The notes beneath the pieces were generated by a model. That model did not search any database and had not been told where the DNA came from. It saw only the letters and a list, made by a program, of their open reading frames with translations. A program made the position numbers and the translations under genes. A DNA stretch of 63,766 nt, the filler included, from Octopus bimaculoides (lineage: Eukaryota), in the NCBI RefSeq assembly GCF_001194135.2. It is 7 parts of 7 records of this genome, joined end to end, with 100 filler letters (N's around TTAATTAATTAA, not from the genome) between each part and the next. Parts side by side here need not be neighbours in the genome. Positions count along the whole stretch, not along the records: positions 23,915 to 45,745 come from NC_069003.1; 6 more parts are not named here. One strand, 5' to 3'. Shown one piece after another: positions 23,981 through 38,434 of this stretch (the first letter of the stretch is position 1; every line of letters starts with the position of its first letter).

Positions 23981-26900
23981 CTTTGTACTTTGTAAGTAAC
24001 ATATGGCCATTTGTTAAACGTTTGACTTAATGTTATTCACAAGCCGAAACCAACGAAGAAATCCTTAATGCGGTCGCCCCACATGCTAGAAACAGCAGTC
24101 CAAATATCTTCCAGGGAACATCCATTTGTCTTTAAAAAAATAGTGGTAAGACGCATCAACTACGTCTGAAATATGAGGTGGGAATGAGTTAGTCACTGCC
24201 GGAACGTTTTTTGACCATACAGTTCTCTCAAGACAGGTCTAACATCTAACTAAACCACAGCGATTCGTCATCTATTTATATATATATAAATAAAAGACAT
24301 AAAAACGAGGTTTATTGAGACGAACCCTAACGAAACATTCAGATAAAGTCTACTACACAAAACGCAGGTAAGTATTTCACCCACTTAACTGAAGAAACAA
24401 GGTAACGGATGGGCTGGCTGAAATGCACATTACTCGGTATCAATAGATGATTTTTGGATAGAATACATTTAATTAGGGGCCTATTCCCATCAAAGGTGGT
24501 ACGAAATTATAGTCAACCCCTAACTACAAGAAATCCAATACTGAGTGAGAAATATAATGGTTACATTTATAGGAGAAATGTGTCGATTAACGAGCGTTGG
24601 AACTCCCTCCCTCTCTTATTCTCTTTTACCTCTCACTTTTACTCTCAGTTACCTGCCTTATTACACTCCCCTTCCATCCATCTCGTATATGCTCTTTGTT
24701 TTCTTTTTTGTTCCCGAAACTCTCTCTCCCTCCCTCTTTTCTCCCCCTCCCTCTGTTTTTGTTTCTCTTTTCTTTTTCGCTAGTAAAAAGCTAGTAAGCA
24801 AAAAAAGAGAGAGAGGGGGGGAATTGTGATAGGTAAAATTCGAGCAGACATGCCAGAACCGGGTTGGTGAAAAAGAGAGAGTAGACGAGCAAGAAAGAGT
24901 GATAGAGGGAGAGAAAGAGAGTGAGTGAGTGAATTAATAAGAGAGAGAGAGAGAGAGAGCTATTTAGAGGGAGGAGAACCAAAGAGACTTGAATGTGAAA
25001 TGGAATAAAGTAAGGCAGAGAAAGGGGAAAAGAGAGAGACAGAATTATATACAGAGAGGGAGACGGAGCAAAAAGAGTTGCGGGTGGAAGAGAAAGCTAT
25101 GAAGGTGGGATGAGGACAGGTTACCTGGAATTAGATTGTCACGTGACAGCATACATAGGTATACAACACACACATTTACATACATAGATGCAACACAACA
25201 CAAACACTTTATACACGTATGCACATAGATACAATATATATATACATACGCATACATACATACATCCACATCGTCCCAAACATGGCAGTGTTCGAGGCTT
25301 TAATTATTAAAGGCCGCCACATCAGCAAGTCAAAAACCACCACCACAACAACAAGAACAACAACACTAAGCCACACACTTTATCAACGTGTGTTTTACTA
25401 AATGATTAACACCAACAATACAAAACAAAAGAAAAAAAAGAGACAATACATGTATATATACGTAAAAAACATAAATGAGAGAAAGAAACGGTTTTAATAA
25501 TAATAATAATAATAATGATTAGTTATGATTGTTTTTTACAAAGGTAACTATGAACATCGCCACCACCACCACCAGCAAACTGGTTAGTTTTGCCAATGTG
25601 TCGTTGTGGCCTGAAACATCTGTCCACTGTCATGCTGATGGACATACGGCAAATATATTTTTATTGTTATTATTACCTGGATCATTATAGTTTGTTCTTT
25701 GTTTTGTTGTTACGTTTGAAGGATATTATTACAATCAATTAAGGAAAACGCACAGGTACACACACACAAAAAGGTGAGAAGTCTTGCTTTGCAATAATTT
25801 ATTTAGTTATTTGTTTACTTAACCCATGTCTCATGTAAATAATGTGTGACCGTGGGACCTTAATTGTTCATCATCATTATAATTATCGCCATCATTATAT
25901 TTGTGGTCGTTCGGCCGGCTAGATAGCAGCAAAATCGCTCTCAAATCATCCTCCATTACTTTAAAAAAGATCAGAGGCGTGTATATTTAGATAATGTAGT
26001 CTTAGATACACATACACAGTGGTCATGGTTTGCAAGGTCATGTTTGACCGGTGGTTAAATAACAACAGGATCGGTTTTCCCCCCTTTTTTGCAGGTTTAC
26101 ATCTTTTTACATCCTGAGTTCAAATCTGGTCACGGTAGACTTTATCTTTCCTCCTCCTGGGATCGATAAAATATGAATAAACACACAACCCCAGTGTTAG
26201 TGTCGACTTAGTGCCGCTGAATTCGCCCCCGCCCCCTGTGCCTACCTAAGAAATCGATATCATCGATCACTTATCAATTGGCAGAATCGTAAGAGCGTCG
26301 GTCAAAATACCTGCGTTATTTAGTTCTGTCCGACCCTCTATTCTCCGAGATCAAATCCTGCTGTGGTTAAATAAGCATTTTATCTATCTATCCAGGGCTG
26401 ATAAAGTACCAGGGGGCCAGTTTAATATACCTTGAAGATATTTTACTTGTGGTCAGTATAATAAAAGAAGATAGCGATATTCGTGATCGAAGCCATATCA
26501 CTCCATCTCCCCCTGTACCGTTAAAGCACTTATGGAAAGGCATTAGTGTCATAACATAAGAATTCTTTGCTTTCTCTCGCTCTGATATAATCTATGACCT
26601 GCTGCTGCTTAAAATACGAAACGATTATTATTTTGTTTATTGGACGTTTAAAATAGATTGTCCTACATACCCGTAATGATCTGTGTTTATACTTGTTGGT
26701 GTTGGTAGGTGGGTATTATTACCGTCTGTGTGTACATAGCGATTCGTGTAGTAAAAGCATGAATGTCAAAGCACCCTATTTTGACTCAGCCCCATATATA
26801 TATATATATANNNNNNNNNNNNNNNNNNNNNNNNNNNNNNNNNNNNNNNNNNNNNNNNNNNNNNNNNNNNNNNNNNNNNNNNNNNNNNNNNNNNNNNNNN

Positions 26901-29900
26901 NNNNNNNNNNNNNNNNNNNNNNNNNNNNNNNNNNNNNNNNNNNNNNNNNNNNNNNNNNNNNNNNNNNNNNNNNNNNNNNNNNNNNNNNNNNNNNNNNNNN
27001 NNNNNNNNNNNNNNNNNNNNNNNNNNNNNNNNNNNNNNNNNNNNNNNNNNNNNNNNNNNNNNNNNNNNNNNNNNNNNNNNNNNNNNNNNNNNNNNNNNNN
27101 NNNNNNNNNNNNNNNNNNNNNNNNNNNNNNNNNNNNNNNNNNNNNNNNNNNNNNNNNNNNNNNNNNNNNNNNNNNNNNNNNNNNNNNNNNNNNNNNNNNN
27201 NNNNNNNNNNNNNNNNNNNNNNNNNNNNNNNNNNNNNNNNNNNNNNNNNNNNNNNNNNNNNNNNNNNNNNNNNNNNNNNNNNNNNNNNNNNNNNNNNNNN
27301 NNNNNNNNNNNNNNNNNNNNNNNNNNNNNNNNNNNNNNNNNNNNNNNNNNNNNNNNNNNNNNNNNNNNNNNNNNNNNNNNNNNNNNNNNNNNNNNNNNNN
27401 NNNNNNNNNNNNNNNNNNNNNNNNNNNNNNNNNNNNNNNNNNNNNNNNNNNNNNNNNNNNNNNNNNNNNNNNNNNNNNNNNNNNNNNNNNNNNNNNNNNN
27501 NNNNNNNNNNNGACGACTGTCGACTGAATACCAAGCTCGGTGTCAAGGTTAATCAATGAATGATCGCCAAAATTCTCACCTCAGCTTGACACAGAAATGA
27601 ACTTCCGATGTGAGACAAGCTGCCCTGGCCTTAACGCTTTCTCGTCAGTCTGTTTTGTAAAAGTTTAAGGCGGCGAGCTGGTAGAATCGTTAGGATGCCG
27701 GGTAGATGCTTAGCGGCATATCATCCGTCTTCACTTTCTGAGTTCAAATTCCGCCGAGGTCGACTTTGCCTTTCATCCTTTCGGATCGATAAAAAAAAAG
27801 TACCAGTTTTGCATCGGTGTCGATATAAATCGATTTACCACTCACCCCAAATTGCTGGCCTTGTGCCAAAATTGTTTCGTTAAAGTTTAACTGGGATTAT
27901 TCCACAATGGGCGAATATGGGACAGAAGACATGGCCTCAGTGGGTGAGCTCACCGAGCTTCACTGCTTAAATGAGTGGCGCCTGGTTCCCAAATAGGGAA
28001 CATTGACGTACAGTTGTGGTTTAACTCCAAGTCAGCCTCGATCATGCCTGTGGGTAAAGGGGTGCACTGGACGGCGCTGCCCCCACTCACTATTCAATGG
28101 TGCACCCTCAAATTTACAGTGATGCACTTATTTCGAAACTCCACATTATTACAAATTAGTGCCCACTCAGAATATTCTGAAGCGCACCCAGGCACCAAAG
28201 TCTGGCGACGAGCCTGGCATTGTTCTGTCTATTAAAACTGTGACTAAAGATCTTTCGGCCGTGACTGTTCCACCTGTTATTTATAGGGCGTTGTAACTAG
28301 GACTACATTATCCAGTGTGCTGCCCTCCTTTGCTGTTGTTGTTTAGCTCCTGGCCAGCCTCAACACATTTATGAAATTTATGATCAAATATATTCCAGCC
28401 TTGAAGGTCCTGTCTGTTATACGGACAAATTGTAGTGTATCTAGGACTCCATTATCCAATGTGCTGTCCTACCTTGTTGTCGTTTGACTCCCGTTCATTC
28501 CTGATCGAGCAAACCTATGATTAATCCATCTATTATTTTTCAGGTATAGTGTACCAAGGTCTACGCCATCGGATGTGCCCTTTTATTTCTTTTTAAAGCT
28601 GGTTGAATGATTTGTGGGTGATTTAGCTACAGTTTCTTATAAGTCGAATAAGCAGACAAAAGCTTAGTTGTTGTCTCGTTGAGGTTTGGCCATGAAGCAA
28701 TTAAAATAATGACCCATGAAGCAATTAGTGAAAATGTTATTTTTTTTCGCACCTATAAAGGAAGGATGGAAGAAGTGAGTTACAAACGAACAAGTACAGT
28801 TTGAAATACCCTTAAAACTGACAAGGGGCCATTTCTAATCTTATCACAATATATATAGATATATATATTGTGTGTGCGTGTGTATATGGTCTTTTTTTGT
28901 ATCTTTTTCGTCGTAGTTCTCCAAGAAACAACCGGTTTTCTAATTAGGAGACAAAGTCCACTGAAGACTAACTACACTGATTACGTATGTTAATTTTTAG
29001 CCCTAGGTAAATGCTGATCGAATAAACCTATGGTCGAAGATATCCCAGCTGTGACCATTCTATCTAGTTTTGGATGATTCAGACTTGAAAAGTGTCAGCA
29101 GAAAGGCGTCCAAGAATCATAACTTGGATTACGTCCCGGCCCCCTTAAGGGCCGAAAGAAACACTTGCCTGAGTGGGTTTTTTTCTGCTGCTATTTAGAT
29201 CTCTTGAGAGTTTCTTACCATTTCAGCAACGTGTCTTTTTTTGTTTATCTTTTTTTTTTTTTGAAGACATTGGGTGTATGGTTTATATGATTTGAGGGAG
29301 GTTGTCTGCTATTTCTTGTAGGTTTTGCATCTACGTAGGATCTCCCTCGGATCTTTGTAGTTCTTGTCATTTACCATCTATTTAATTAATCGAGATTGTT
29401 GCCCGAATTAAACCAAAACAGTAAGAACAAGCGTGATGATGTTTATGATATTATATTACAGTATGTCTATATCGATTTGACGACATAACTGTATATTCTT
29501 GGTGTTCAGTGTTGGGTGTGCACCGGATTTCACTCACTTGTGAAAGATATCCACAGGTAAGTGCAGGTACATCAAATTAAACATTATCACCCACATTATT
29601 ATTATTATCGTTATTACTACAGCTACTGTTGTTGTTTAACCCTGAGTCAGTCACGACCTAGCAGATCTGTCAACGATCAGAGGGGTTCCAACTGTGGCTA
29701 TCCTGTCTGTTGTAGTGTATCTCGGATTACATTATGTGTCTTCCTTCGATTTTTTCCATTTCAGACAACAGTGAGTGATCGGGATTTAGTTACTGTTTGT
29801 AGCACATCGAACTACAATAGTGTAGAGCAGACGTCCTCAGTAATTTTTTTTCTTTTTTGCCAAATGAACCCCTTCGATTCTTATTCGAAGGAGAACCCCC

Positions 29901-32601
29901 TTAACCATTCAATATTTTAAAAATCCTTTTATATTTTTATTATTATTAAATATTGTTAGGAATTGTAAAAACAAAAAATGTCGAAGTATTTTGTGCATTG
30001 CAGAAGTTTAACCAATTTATTGCACATAAATTTTATCAACAGAATCTTATATGGACCTCCGAGGGTCATGCGGACACTGGTTATGGACCACTGCTGTAGA
30101 GGAAGCCCCTTCGGTGATAGGGATTTCATTACCTCACAGTGTGTGTGTGTAAGGTGGCAGTAAGGCATCTTAGTGCTTCACAGATGTGTTTTGTTTTCGA
30201 ATCCAGCGGAAGTCAAGAAGACTTTGCTTTTTATAAATGTGCACTAATGGTTTGATTTTTAGGCCTATGTATGTATGTATATTGACATTGATTCAATCCA
30301 ATATACACCCGGCTCTACACAAATGGCTCTCCCACCCACCAAAAAAATCAAGCTTGTTAAGGCGTCGGTATTTAGTTACGGCTCTTTACGTTCTGAGTTC
30401 AAATCCTGCCATTTCTTCTTCCTGCGGACTCGGTAAAATACAGTGCAAATCAACAGTTGGGGGACGGGGGTATTGGGTCGATGTAATCGACTGATCCCTG
30501 CTCCCTCCATATTCTTCTTTATTCCAGACCTTGTACCTACTATGTAAGAAGTCTTCATCATGATTATTTCCATCTTTGTCATCATCATCATCATCACTAA
30601 ATTTGCTAATGTCATACGAATTATCTGAAAGGTACGTCTTTCTCACTTGGTACCCGGTACCCTTAAGTCTGGACTACGTACAGTGCCAGTACATAGATTG
30701 CGGAAGAAGTCATTACATTATGTGACCGTACTCATATTGAGGTGGGGTACCCAACAGATAAATCCGGGTAGATATACGCCCGCTCCCTCTATAGTCCGGC
30801 GCAATGTCTTTTATTTATTATTTATACATTTATTTATAGAAGAGTAGATGTGATTCGTCCCATTTGTCTGCCAGTCTCGTGTTTACTTCAATATCAGGAT
30901 TGTTTTGGTGCTGTAACCCATTGAAAGGTCATGCTATTGTTCCTCTGGGTTAGTGGTCTGTCTTTCTTTGGATAGTAGCGATCTCGTAGGAACCGAGTGT
31001 TCCATCATCTACATGGTCGTCGCTCGAGCTGCTAGCAATAACAGTAAAATCTCCCTCGAATCCTGACATACTTAGGCATAAAAATAGAGACCACGCCTGC
31101 TTAAAATAATGTAGTTTCGGATAAAGCAGATCTTAAAAAACTTAGAAATGACAAGATTGGGGTTAATTTGGGTCGATTGGGGCTAATTTGAGGCTAAGCA
31201 ATTACAACAACAGCCTGGACGTTATGTCCAGACTGCAATTCTCCACCACATGAAATTAAACGATTGCATGGCAGAATATGCAATATATGGCCCTCGACTT
31301 GACGGAGATATGACCTGTCTGGAGCTGTTAATTTGACGATGACAACTTGTCTCCACGACAACAACAACAGCTCTAGTTGTTCATTTATAAACCTTCTTTA
31401 CTGATATCACAGAAACCATAATCACCTTCGTTGTTATTATGGTTTACTGTCATTTATTAAAAATGTGGGTGGTTATAAAAAAACCAAAAAGACAGCAGGA
31501 AGATTGCCGTCATGTTTTGCGTCGCTAACAGCAACAGTAGCAACGAATGAACTTCACAAGAACTTTACAATTCTTCGTTTGAACTTCTCTATAAATCCGA
31601 CACTTTATTAAGTTGACATTTACGAATTCTGTTTTCAAAGGAAGAAACCCTTAGTCCTTTAAGAGAAGTTAGGGTGTTGCCTGGTTAGACGGCTCAATTT
31701 TCAGTTTTCGTTCAGAGATTGACAGCAGCGTAGAGTGCACTTTTGTGTTGAGTGCAGTTGTCGGAATCTGTCTATATAGGGTACCAAGATCTACCCTACA
31801 TGGATATCTCCCTTTCCGATCATTATATTATCATATATTATATTTGCATGCATGGATGCATTGTATGTATGTGTGTGTATATTATATTACAATTATTGGA
31901 TATGTAATTTTTCTTTTCATCACTTGACGTAGTACATTTACTATTAATTTTATAGCCTTTAGTATAATTTCTTTTGGTGCCCTTGTGGCGAATAATGGAA
32001 CATGTCCACGATCGAATATATTTCAGCCATGACCAACTCGTCTTTTAGTGCACTTAGAACTATATTATATCAATATATCATTCCGTTTTTTGAGACTGTA
32101 GGGTGTAATTGAAAAGTAATCTGGCTGCTATTTCTAGCCTGTCGAACGACTGCATAGAGGATGCCTTGTTGGCATGTTATAATTGTTGTTGTTAATACTG
32201 TTATACGTATAGATTTTTTCCCTTTATAAAATAAACCCCATTTTCTTAAAGTTGCTGCGTATACACTACAATAATTAAAACGAAGAAGAATAACAATGGA
32301 AACGAAAACATATGACCGAAATATTGGACTCCCCCTCCATGTCACTCAGTCATATGGAAGCTAGCAGACAGATGGACGAAGTAACCAGTTTACGGCAAGT
32401 TGTTAAGCTACACAGATTATCAATAAATATAGCTGAGAGGAAAATACCTCGGGGGAAACCTTTTATTTACGAAATAAACGTATCAGTTGGAAGGGAGACC
32501 CCGATGTATGTTTATTTGTTGGACGCTACGTTGGGGGTGGGAGAGGTATTCCCCCGTTCGTCCATGTCGTTCCTAACCATAAACAGCCTCATTGCTGTCC
32601 T

Positions 32602-32636
<35 letters not shown>

Positions 32637-33027
32637 ATTATGTATGTACGTATTTATGTATGTATGTATATAATTATCTACCCACTCTCTCTCTCTCTCT
32701 CTCTCTAACTACCTATCTCTCTTTCTATTTGTTTGTCTGTCTGTCTGAATGTTTATCTGTCTGTCCGTCTATTCTTCTTTTCTTCTTTCAACTTTTACTT
32801 GTTTGCCAATTGTTTGACTGCGGCCATGCTGGGGCACCACATTGAAGGGTTTTAGTAGAACAAATCGACCCCAGTACTTATTATTATTTTTTTTTGAAGC
32901 CTGGTACTTATTTAATCAGTCTCTTTTGCCAAGTCTCTAAGTTACAGGGATGTAAACAAACCAGCATCGGTTGTCAAGCAATGGTGGGGGACAAACAGCA
33001 TAAACCCAAAGACACAAATACTCCTCA

Positions 33028-33075
<48 letters not shown>

Positions 33076-33204
33076 CAAGCTTCTTTCAGTTTCCATCTAT
33101 TAAATCCACTCACAAGGCTTTGGTTGTCCTGGAGCTATTATAGTAGAAGACAATTGCCCAAACTGCCATGCAGTGGGACTGAACCTGGAACCATGTGGTT
33201 GAGA

Positions 33205-33750
33205 AGCTCCACATGGCAGTTTGTACACAGACCTCAGAGAATCTACCTTTCTCTCTGAAAGAGAAACCTTTTGTTGCCAACAGAGGTAATAACTCTTTGA
33301 ACATTCTCCAGCTGTTCATACTCTGGCAACTATGCTCTGAGAACAACCTCCTCCACTGCTAATTAGGTCACCTGGGTAACAAAATCTATCAACTACCTCT
33401 AGGGATTCTCCTGGGCATTTGAGAAAATCTATTTTCCATGTGTTCTTAGTGTTTACTGCTCTTGTGCCACATACAAAGTCTGTTTTCTCTGTTAAGCTTG
33501 CAATAATTCCACTGTACTTCTTGGGTGCTCATAGTGTAGCTGGCACTGGGTACACCATAATGAACAGGGTCATTTTCCCCGAAGGGTATAAAGTCCTGTT
33601 TGTTATCCTGCTTTACTATAACTTCTATCTCCACTAATCTAACTTTGATGCTCTTTGCTTCCTGGTTTTGTTTCCACACCTGGAACTTCTCTTCTCATTC
33701 TACTTCACTATCAGCCATAAGAATGAGGTCATCAGCATATGAGCGTTCCC
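33205..33750 (-). mobile_element. RTE-X-like LINE reverse-transcriptase fragment
   Basis: Minus strand: YADDLILMADSEVE*EEKFQVWKQNQEAKSIKV..LEVVDRFCYPGDLISSGGGCSQSIVARV..WRMFKELLPLLATKGFSFREKGR..VCVQTAM. Confidence 0.8.
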
Positions 33751-33785
<35 letters not shown>

Positions 33786-36505
33786 NNNNNNNNNNNNNNN
33801 NNNNNNNNNNNNNNNNNNNNNNNNNNNNNNNNNNNNNNNNNNNNNNNNNNNNNNNNNNNNNNNNNNNNNNNNNNNNNNNNNNNNNNNNNNNNNNNNNNNN
33901 NNNNNNNNNNNNNNNNNNNNNNNNNNNNNNNNNNNNNNNNNNNNNNNNNNNNNNNNNNNNNNNNNNNNNNNNNNNNNNNNNNNNNNNNNNNNNNNNNNNN
34001 NNNNNNNNNNNNNNNNNNNNNNNNNNNNNNNNNNNNNNNNNNNNNNNNNNNNNNNNNNNNNNNNNNNNNNNNNNNNNNNNNNNNNNNNNNNNNNNNNNNN
34101 NNNNNNNNNNNNNNNNNNNNNNNNNNNNNNNNNNNNNNNNNNNNNNNNNNNNNNNNNNNNNNNNNNNNNNNNNNNNNNNNNNNNNNNNNNNNNNNNNNNN
34201 NNNNNNNNNNNNNNNNNNNNNNNNNNNNNNNNNNNNNNNNNNNNNNNNNNNNNNNNNNNNNNNNNNNNNNNNNNNNNNNNNNNNNNNNNNNNNNNNNNNN
34301 NNNNNNNNNNNNNNNNNNNNNNNNNNNNNNNNNNNNNNNNNNNNNNNNNNNNNNNNNNNNNNNNNNNNNNNNNNNNNNNNNNNNNNNNNNNNNNNNNNNN
34401 NNNNNNNNNNNNNNNNNNNNNNNNNNNNNNNNNNNNNNNNNNNNNNNNNNNNNNNNNNNNNNNNNNNNNNNNNNNNNNNNNNNNNNNNNNNNNNNNNNNN
34501 NNNNNNNNNNNNNNNNNNNNNNNNNNNNNNNNNNNNNNNNNNNNNNNNNNNNNNNNNNNNNNNNNNNNNNNNNNNNNNNNNNNNNNNNNNNNNNNNNNNN
34601 NNNNNNNNNNNNNNNNNNNNNNNNNNNNNNNNNNNNNATATATAATTATATTTTGGAGCAGTGGATCTTGAAGCACATAATGGTGTGAATAATAGCATGT
34701 AAACATCAGGCTGAAAATCCTTTTGGATAGAAAATGTTGAAGGCATTGCCTACCTACAAGAGATGTAATGGATAAAGTAACTTACTCAGTCATGTTGCAT
34801 TTATGAATTAGCTGTATCAGTTTTAATGTAAATGACTTCATACATTATAAAGATCAATTTGAAACTGAAGACAACATCTACAAATTGTTTATTCCTGTAA
34901 GTTAGCAGAAACTTTATTTAAGAAGATGAAAAGGCAAATACCTTTGGAGTGATTGTTAAGTTGGTCACTTGGCCAACAGTGTGGAGGCTTGAGTTCCTAC
35001 CAGTTGCTTTATTCTGTTTTGAATCAGTGCTTATAATGCCTAATATTAGGTCATCTTTGTCATCGTCATCATCATCATTCAGTGTACCATAACCATCATG
35101 GGCTGTTGCTGGATTTTCAAGATTTGGGGTTAGGGTTAGGGCATCTCTCTACAGCAGATGTGCAACAAGCTTTCAGCTGAGTGAACCGGGGCAATATAAA
35201 ATGAAGTGACTTGCCTAAGAATACAATGCACTGCTGCTTATTCCTAGAATTGAACCCACAACCCCATGACTGTAAGTTCAACACCCTTAATCACTGGGCC
35301 ACATGTTTGCATTCTACAATTACCACAATTTATCCTAAACGATACAAACCTGCTATAACAAAAAAAAAACCCCTGCAATTTGGCAAAAAAGGGATTTTTT
35401 ATGATTTTAAATCCTTGTATTTTAAAAATATAATACATAAATTCTTAGGGAGGGGTTTTGTCTCACTGTATGGATGTTGTCAGTTGATGTCAATTGATGT
35501 AAGGTGACCAATGACATATGAGCTGAGTGAAATTTGGTACTGAGAAAATAGAAGGGCCCTGTCAGGGTACATGATATTGATAAGCCACAATGATGGCAAA
35601 CTATTGATATCTGCTGTTCTCAGTGATTCCAAGACAAGTTGGTATTCAGGTGTTCTATAACACTTGGCATTGTTTGGGAAACTTTTCCCAGACACTATCC
35701 TGCAGCAAATTTGGTGTATAAACAAAACACACACTATGTATGTGTGACCTATAACATTTGCATTACTAGAGCTGCTTTTAATTCGTAATTTAATGTGTGT
35801 GTGTGTGTGTGTGTATCACTGTGTATATATTATCTTTGTCTTGGCATGTACACACGGTTTGTAAACAAAACATGGCCTTTTGTACAAACAGTTTCATTAC
35901 TTTGCAGTTCTCGACAAAAGTATGCCTGGGCAGTTTGTTGTTTGACGGATGAAGCTTGGAAACAAACAGGTGGGGGTTGGTAACAGGAAGGGAAAATGGC
36001 TGTTGGAAATGTTTGTTTCCTTGTCAAACCTTCTGCAAGCATGGAAAATCAAACATCAAAACAAAATGTAATGAAACACATCAGGTAGCATATTTCCTCA
36101 CCAAATTTCTCAATTCCATAAACAAATCAAATGTGTTACACCTTTTCCTTGACTTATGACCTCGGGGACTTACAACCGTCTTCACTTTATTACCACAAAA
36201 AATAAGGACTTGAATAAATAGATAAAAAATCGATTTTCTGATGTTGGGCAGCTGTCTGTATGATAACTATGGCAGCATCTGGCAAGCATCCACTGCTTGT
36301 CGCTGTCTCTTACTCAGTTGCTTTCAAGCACCAGTTGTGTTTGACTGAGAATAGTGTTGAAGAATGTGACATTGACTAGATCGACTTACGACCTGTCAGT
36401 AAGTCGAGGAGAAGGTGTATTTACTATGTATTTGAGCAGCAGATTTTTAAAAACAAAATTTGCTGGAAAAATTTCATCCTAAAATGTAAAAATGGTCCAA
36501 AAAAT

Positions 36506-37010
36506 ATGAGTCTCAGCTAAAATGATGAGTCTCAGCTAAAATGACGAGTCTCAGCTGAAATGACGAGTCTCAGCTGAAATGACGAGTCTCAGCTAAAATG
36601 ACGAGTCTCAGCTAAAATGAAGAGTCTCAGCTGAAATGACGAGTCCCAGCTANNNNNNNNNNNNNNNNNNNNNNNNNNNNNNNNNNNNNNNNNNNNNNNN
36701 NNNNNNNNNNNNNNNNTCTCAGCTGAAATGACGAGTCTCAGCTGAAATGACGAGTCCCAGCTAAAATGACGAGTCTCAGCTGAAATGACGAGTCTCAGCT
36801 GAAATGACGAGTCCCAGCTAAAATGACGAGTCTCAGCTAAAATGAAGAGTCTCAGCTGAAATGACGAGTCCCAGCTAAAATGACAAGTCTCAGCTGAAAT
36901 GACGAGTCCCAGCTGAAATAACGAGTCCCAGCTGAAATGACGAGTCTCAGCTGAAATGACGAGTCTCAGCTGAAATGATGAGTCTCAGCTAAATTGATGA
37001 GTCTCATCTA
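36506..37010. repeat. 19-bp minisatellite, consensus GAGTCTCAGCTGAAATGAC, about 23 visible units with an internal gap
   Basis: Directly visible tandem units; N gap at 36653-36716. Confidence 0.97.
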
Positions 37011-37832
37011 ATTAATATATCTAAATGAAATATCACAAGTTCTGCTAATTAATTGAGTCATTTCTTTTACAACAGTGATTTCTAAAGTGGGTGCCACCAC
37101 ACCTTGAGGAAAGGGAAGAATCAAGAGGGGCATTTGGGAAAGTAGGGAGTTGCAAGGGAAGATTGGAAAGCCAGGGGTTGATGAGGGGAGACGATGAAAG
37201 GTAAGAGATGGGGAGGGGAGTAAGGGCCAAAGAATGCAATTCGTAATTGTTTGTAAAACTGCATTCTGAAACAATAATGACACAATCTTATTTAATAAAC
37301 AGTGTAAAACAAAACAAATAATAACAAATATTCTTACTTTGAAGATTCTAGTTGCAGACCAATTTTGAGGAACCAAAAATGAAAATATAATAAGAATGGA
37401 TTCCATAAAATCGAGCAATAAACTGGAACTCAAGTTGTTGCACCGTTTATGGTTGTACCTTCTTTTCTAGTACCATCATTCTGGGTACCTTCATTAGGAA
37501 TGTTTTTGATAATAGGCCTGTCTGCTCGATTAGTAGTCACACGACTCTTCTTCCAAAGCATATTGAATCTTCAACATGTTGTTCCACCCCCATCTTCAAC
37601 ACCTCTTGCAATACATCTCCCCCCTCCTCTCCTCCTTTCTAAAACATGGAAGTTTACTGATATAACCTACTTTTAACTTTGTTAAAACAAGTTTCGATTT
37701 TAGATTTGTTTTTATTCATATTTATATAATGACGGGGAGTTGTCTTGATAGCTGGTGTTCCACTTAAAAAAATCATTATCATGTTGTATATGTATGTATG
37801 TATGCATATATATATATATATGTGTGTGTGTG

Positions 37833-37867
<35 letters not shown>

Positions 37868-38392
37868 CAAGAAGAAAATGGAAGGAATCCAGAGGTAGTA
37901 TTCATCAGCTGTCAGACATTATATTATATCTATTTATTTATTTTAAACTGTTCTGAGAATATATATACATGTGTAAAGTACCAGTAATTTCAAGAATAGA
38001 GAAAGAAGAGCAGTTTCTACCAGCAGTGTATTGGATAGATATTATCCTTAGTTGGTTGGATTTACAACCTCTAAATCTCTTTGAATTATATATATATATA
38101 TATGCATACATAATACATACCTACATATATACATGCATACATTATATATGTATCTATCTACTATATATTTGTGAAAAGAGAAGGTGTTGTCCCACAAGCA
38201 GTTGTGCAGACAAAAGTGTTAGTAAATGTAGTCAGATTGACCTGAAAATTTGCACACCTATGTTAAAAGTGGTGGGAAGTTTACGTGGCAACTTTGAGTT
38301 GGCTCAGTTGAAAGGTGTGGCCTCAAGGGCAAAATTCCTCATCTTTGAAATGTGGCCCAAGTAGACCCAAATGAAATCGGGTTATAATACTA

Positions 38393-38434
<42 letters not shown>

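Noticed and set aside
27905-27925. AATGGGCGAATATGGGAC resembles the 3' end of the HDV ribozyme
   Set aside because: No upstream P1/P2/P3 partners; the upstream sequence is a SINE tail.
32312-32845. 177-aa ORF MTEILDSPSM...
   Set aside because: No recognisable domain and it runs into microsatellite and SINE sequence; more likely promoter/5'UTR-type DNA.
36506-37010. Regular array considered as CRISPR-like
   Set aside because: Contiguous tandem units without unique spacers, eukaryotic context, and no cas genes.
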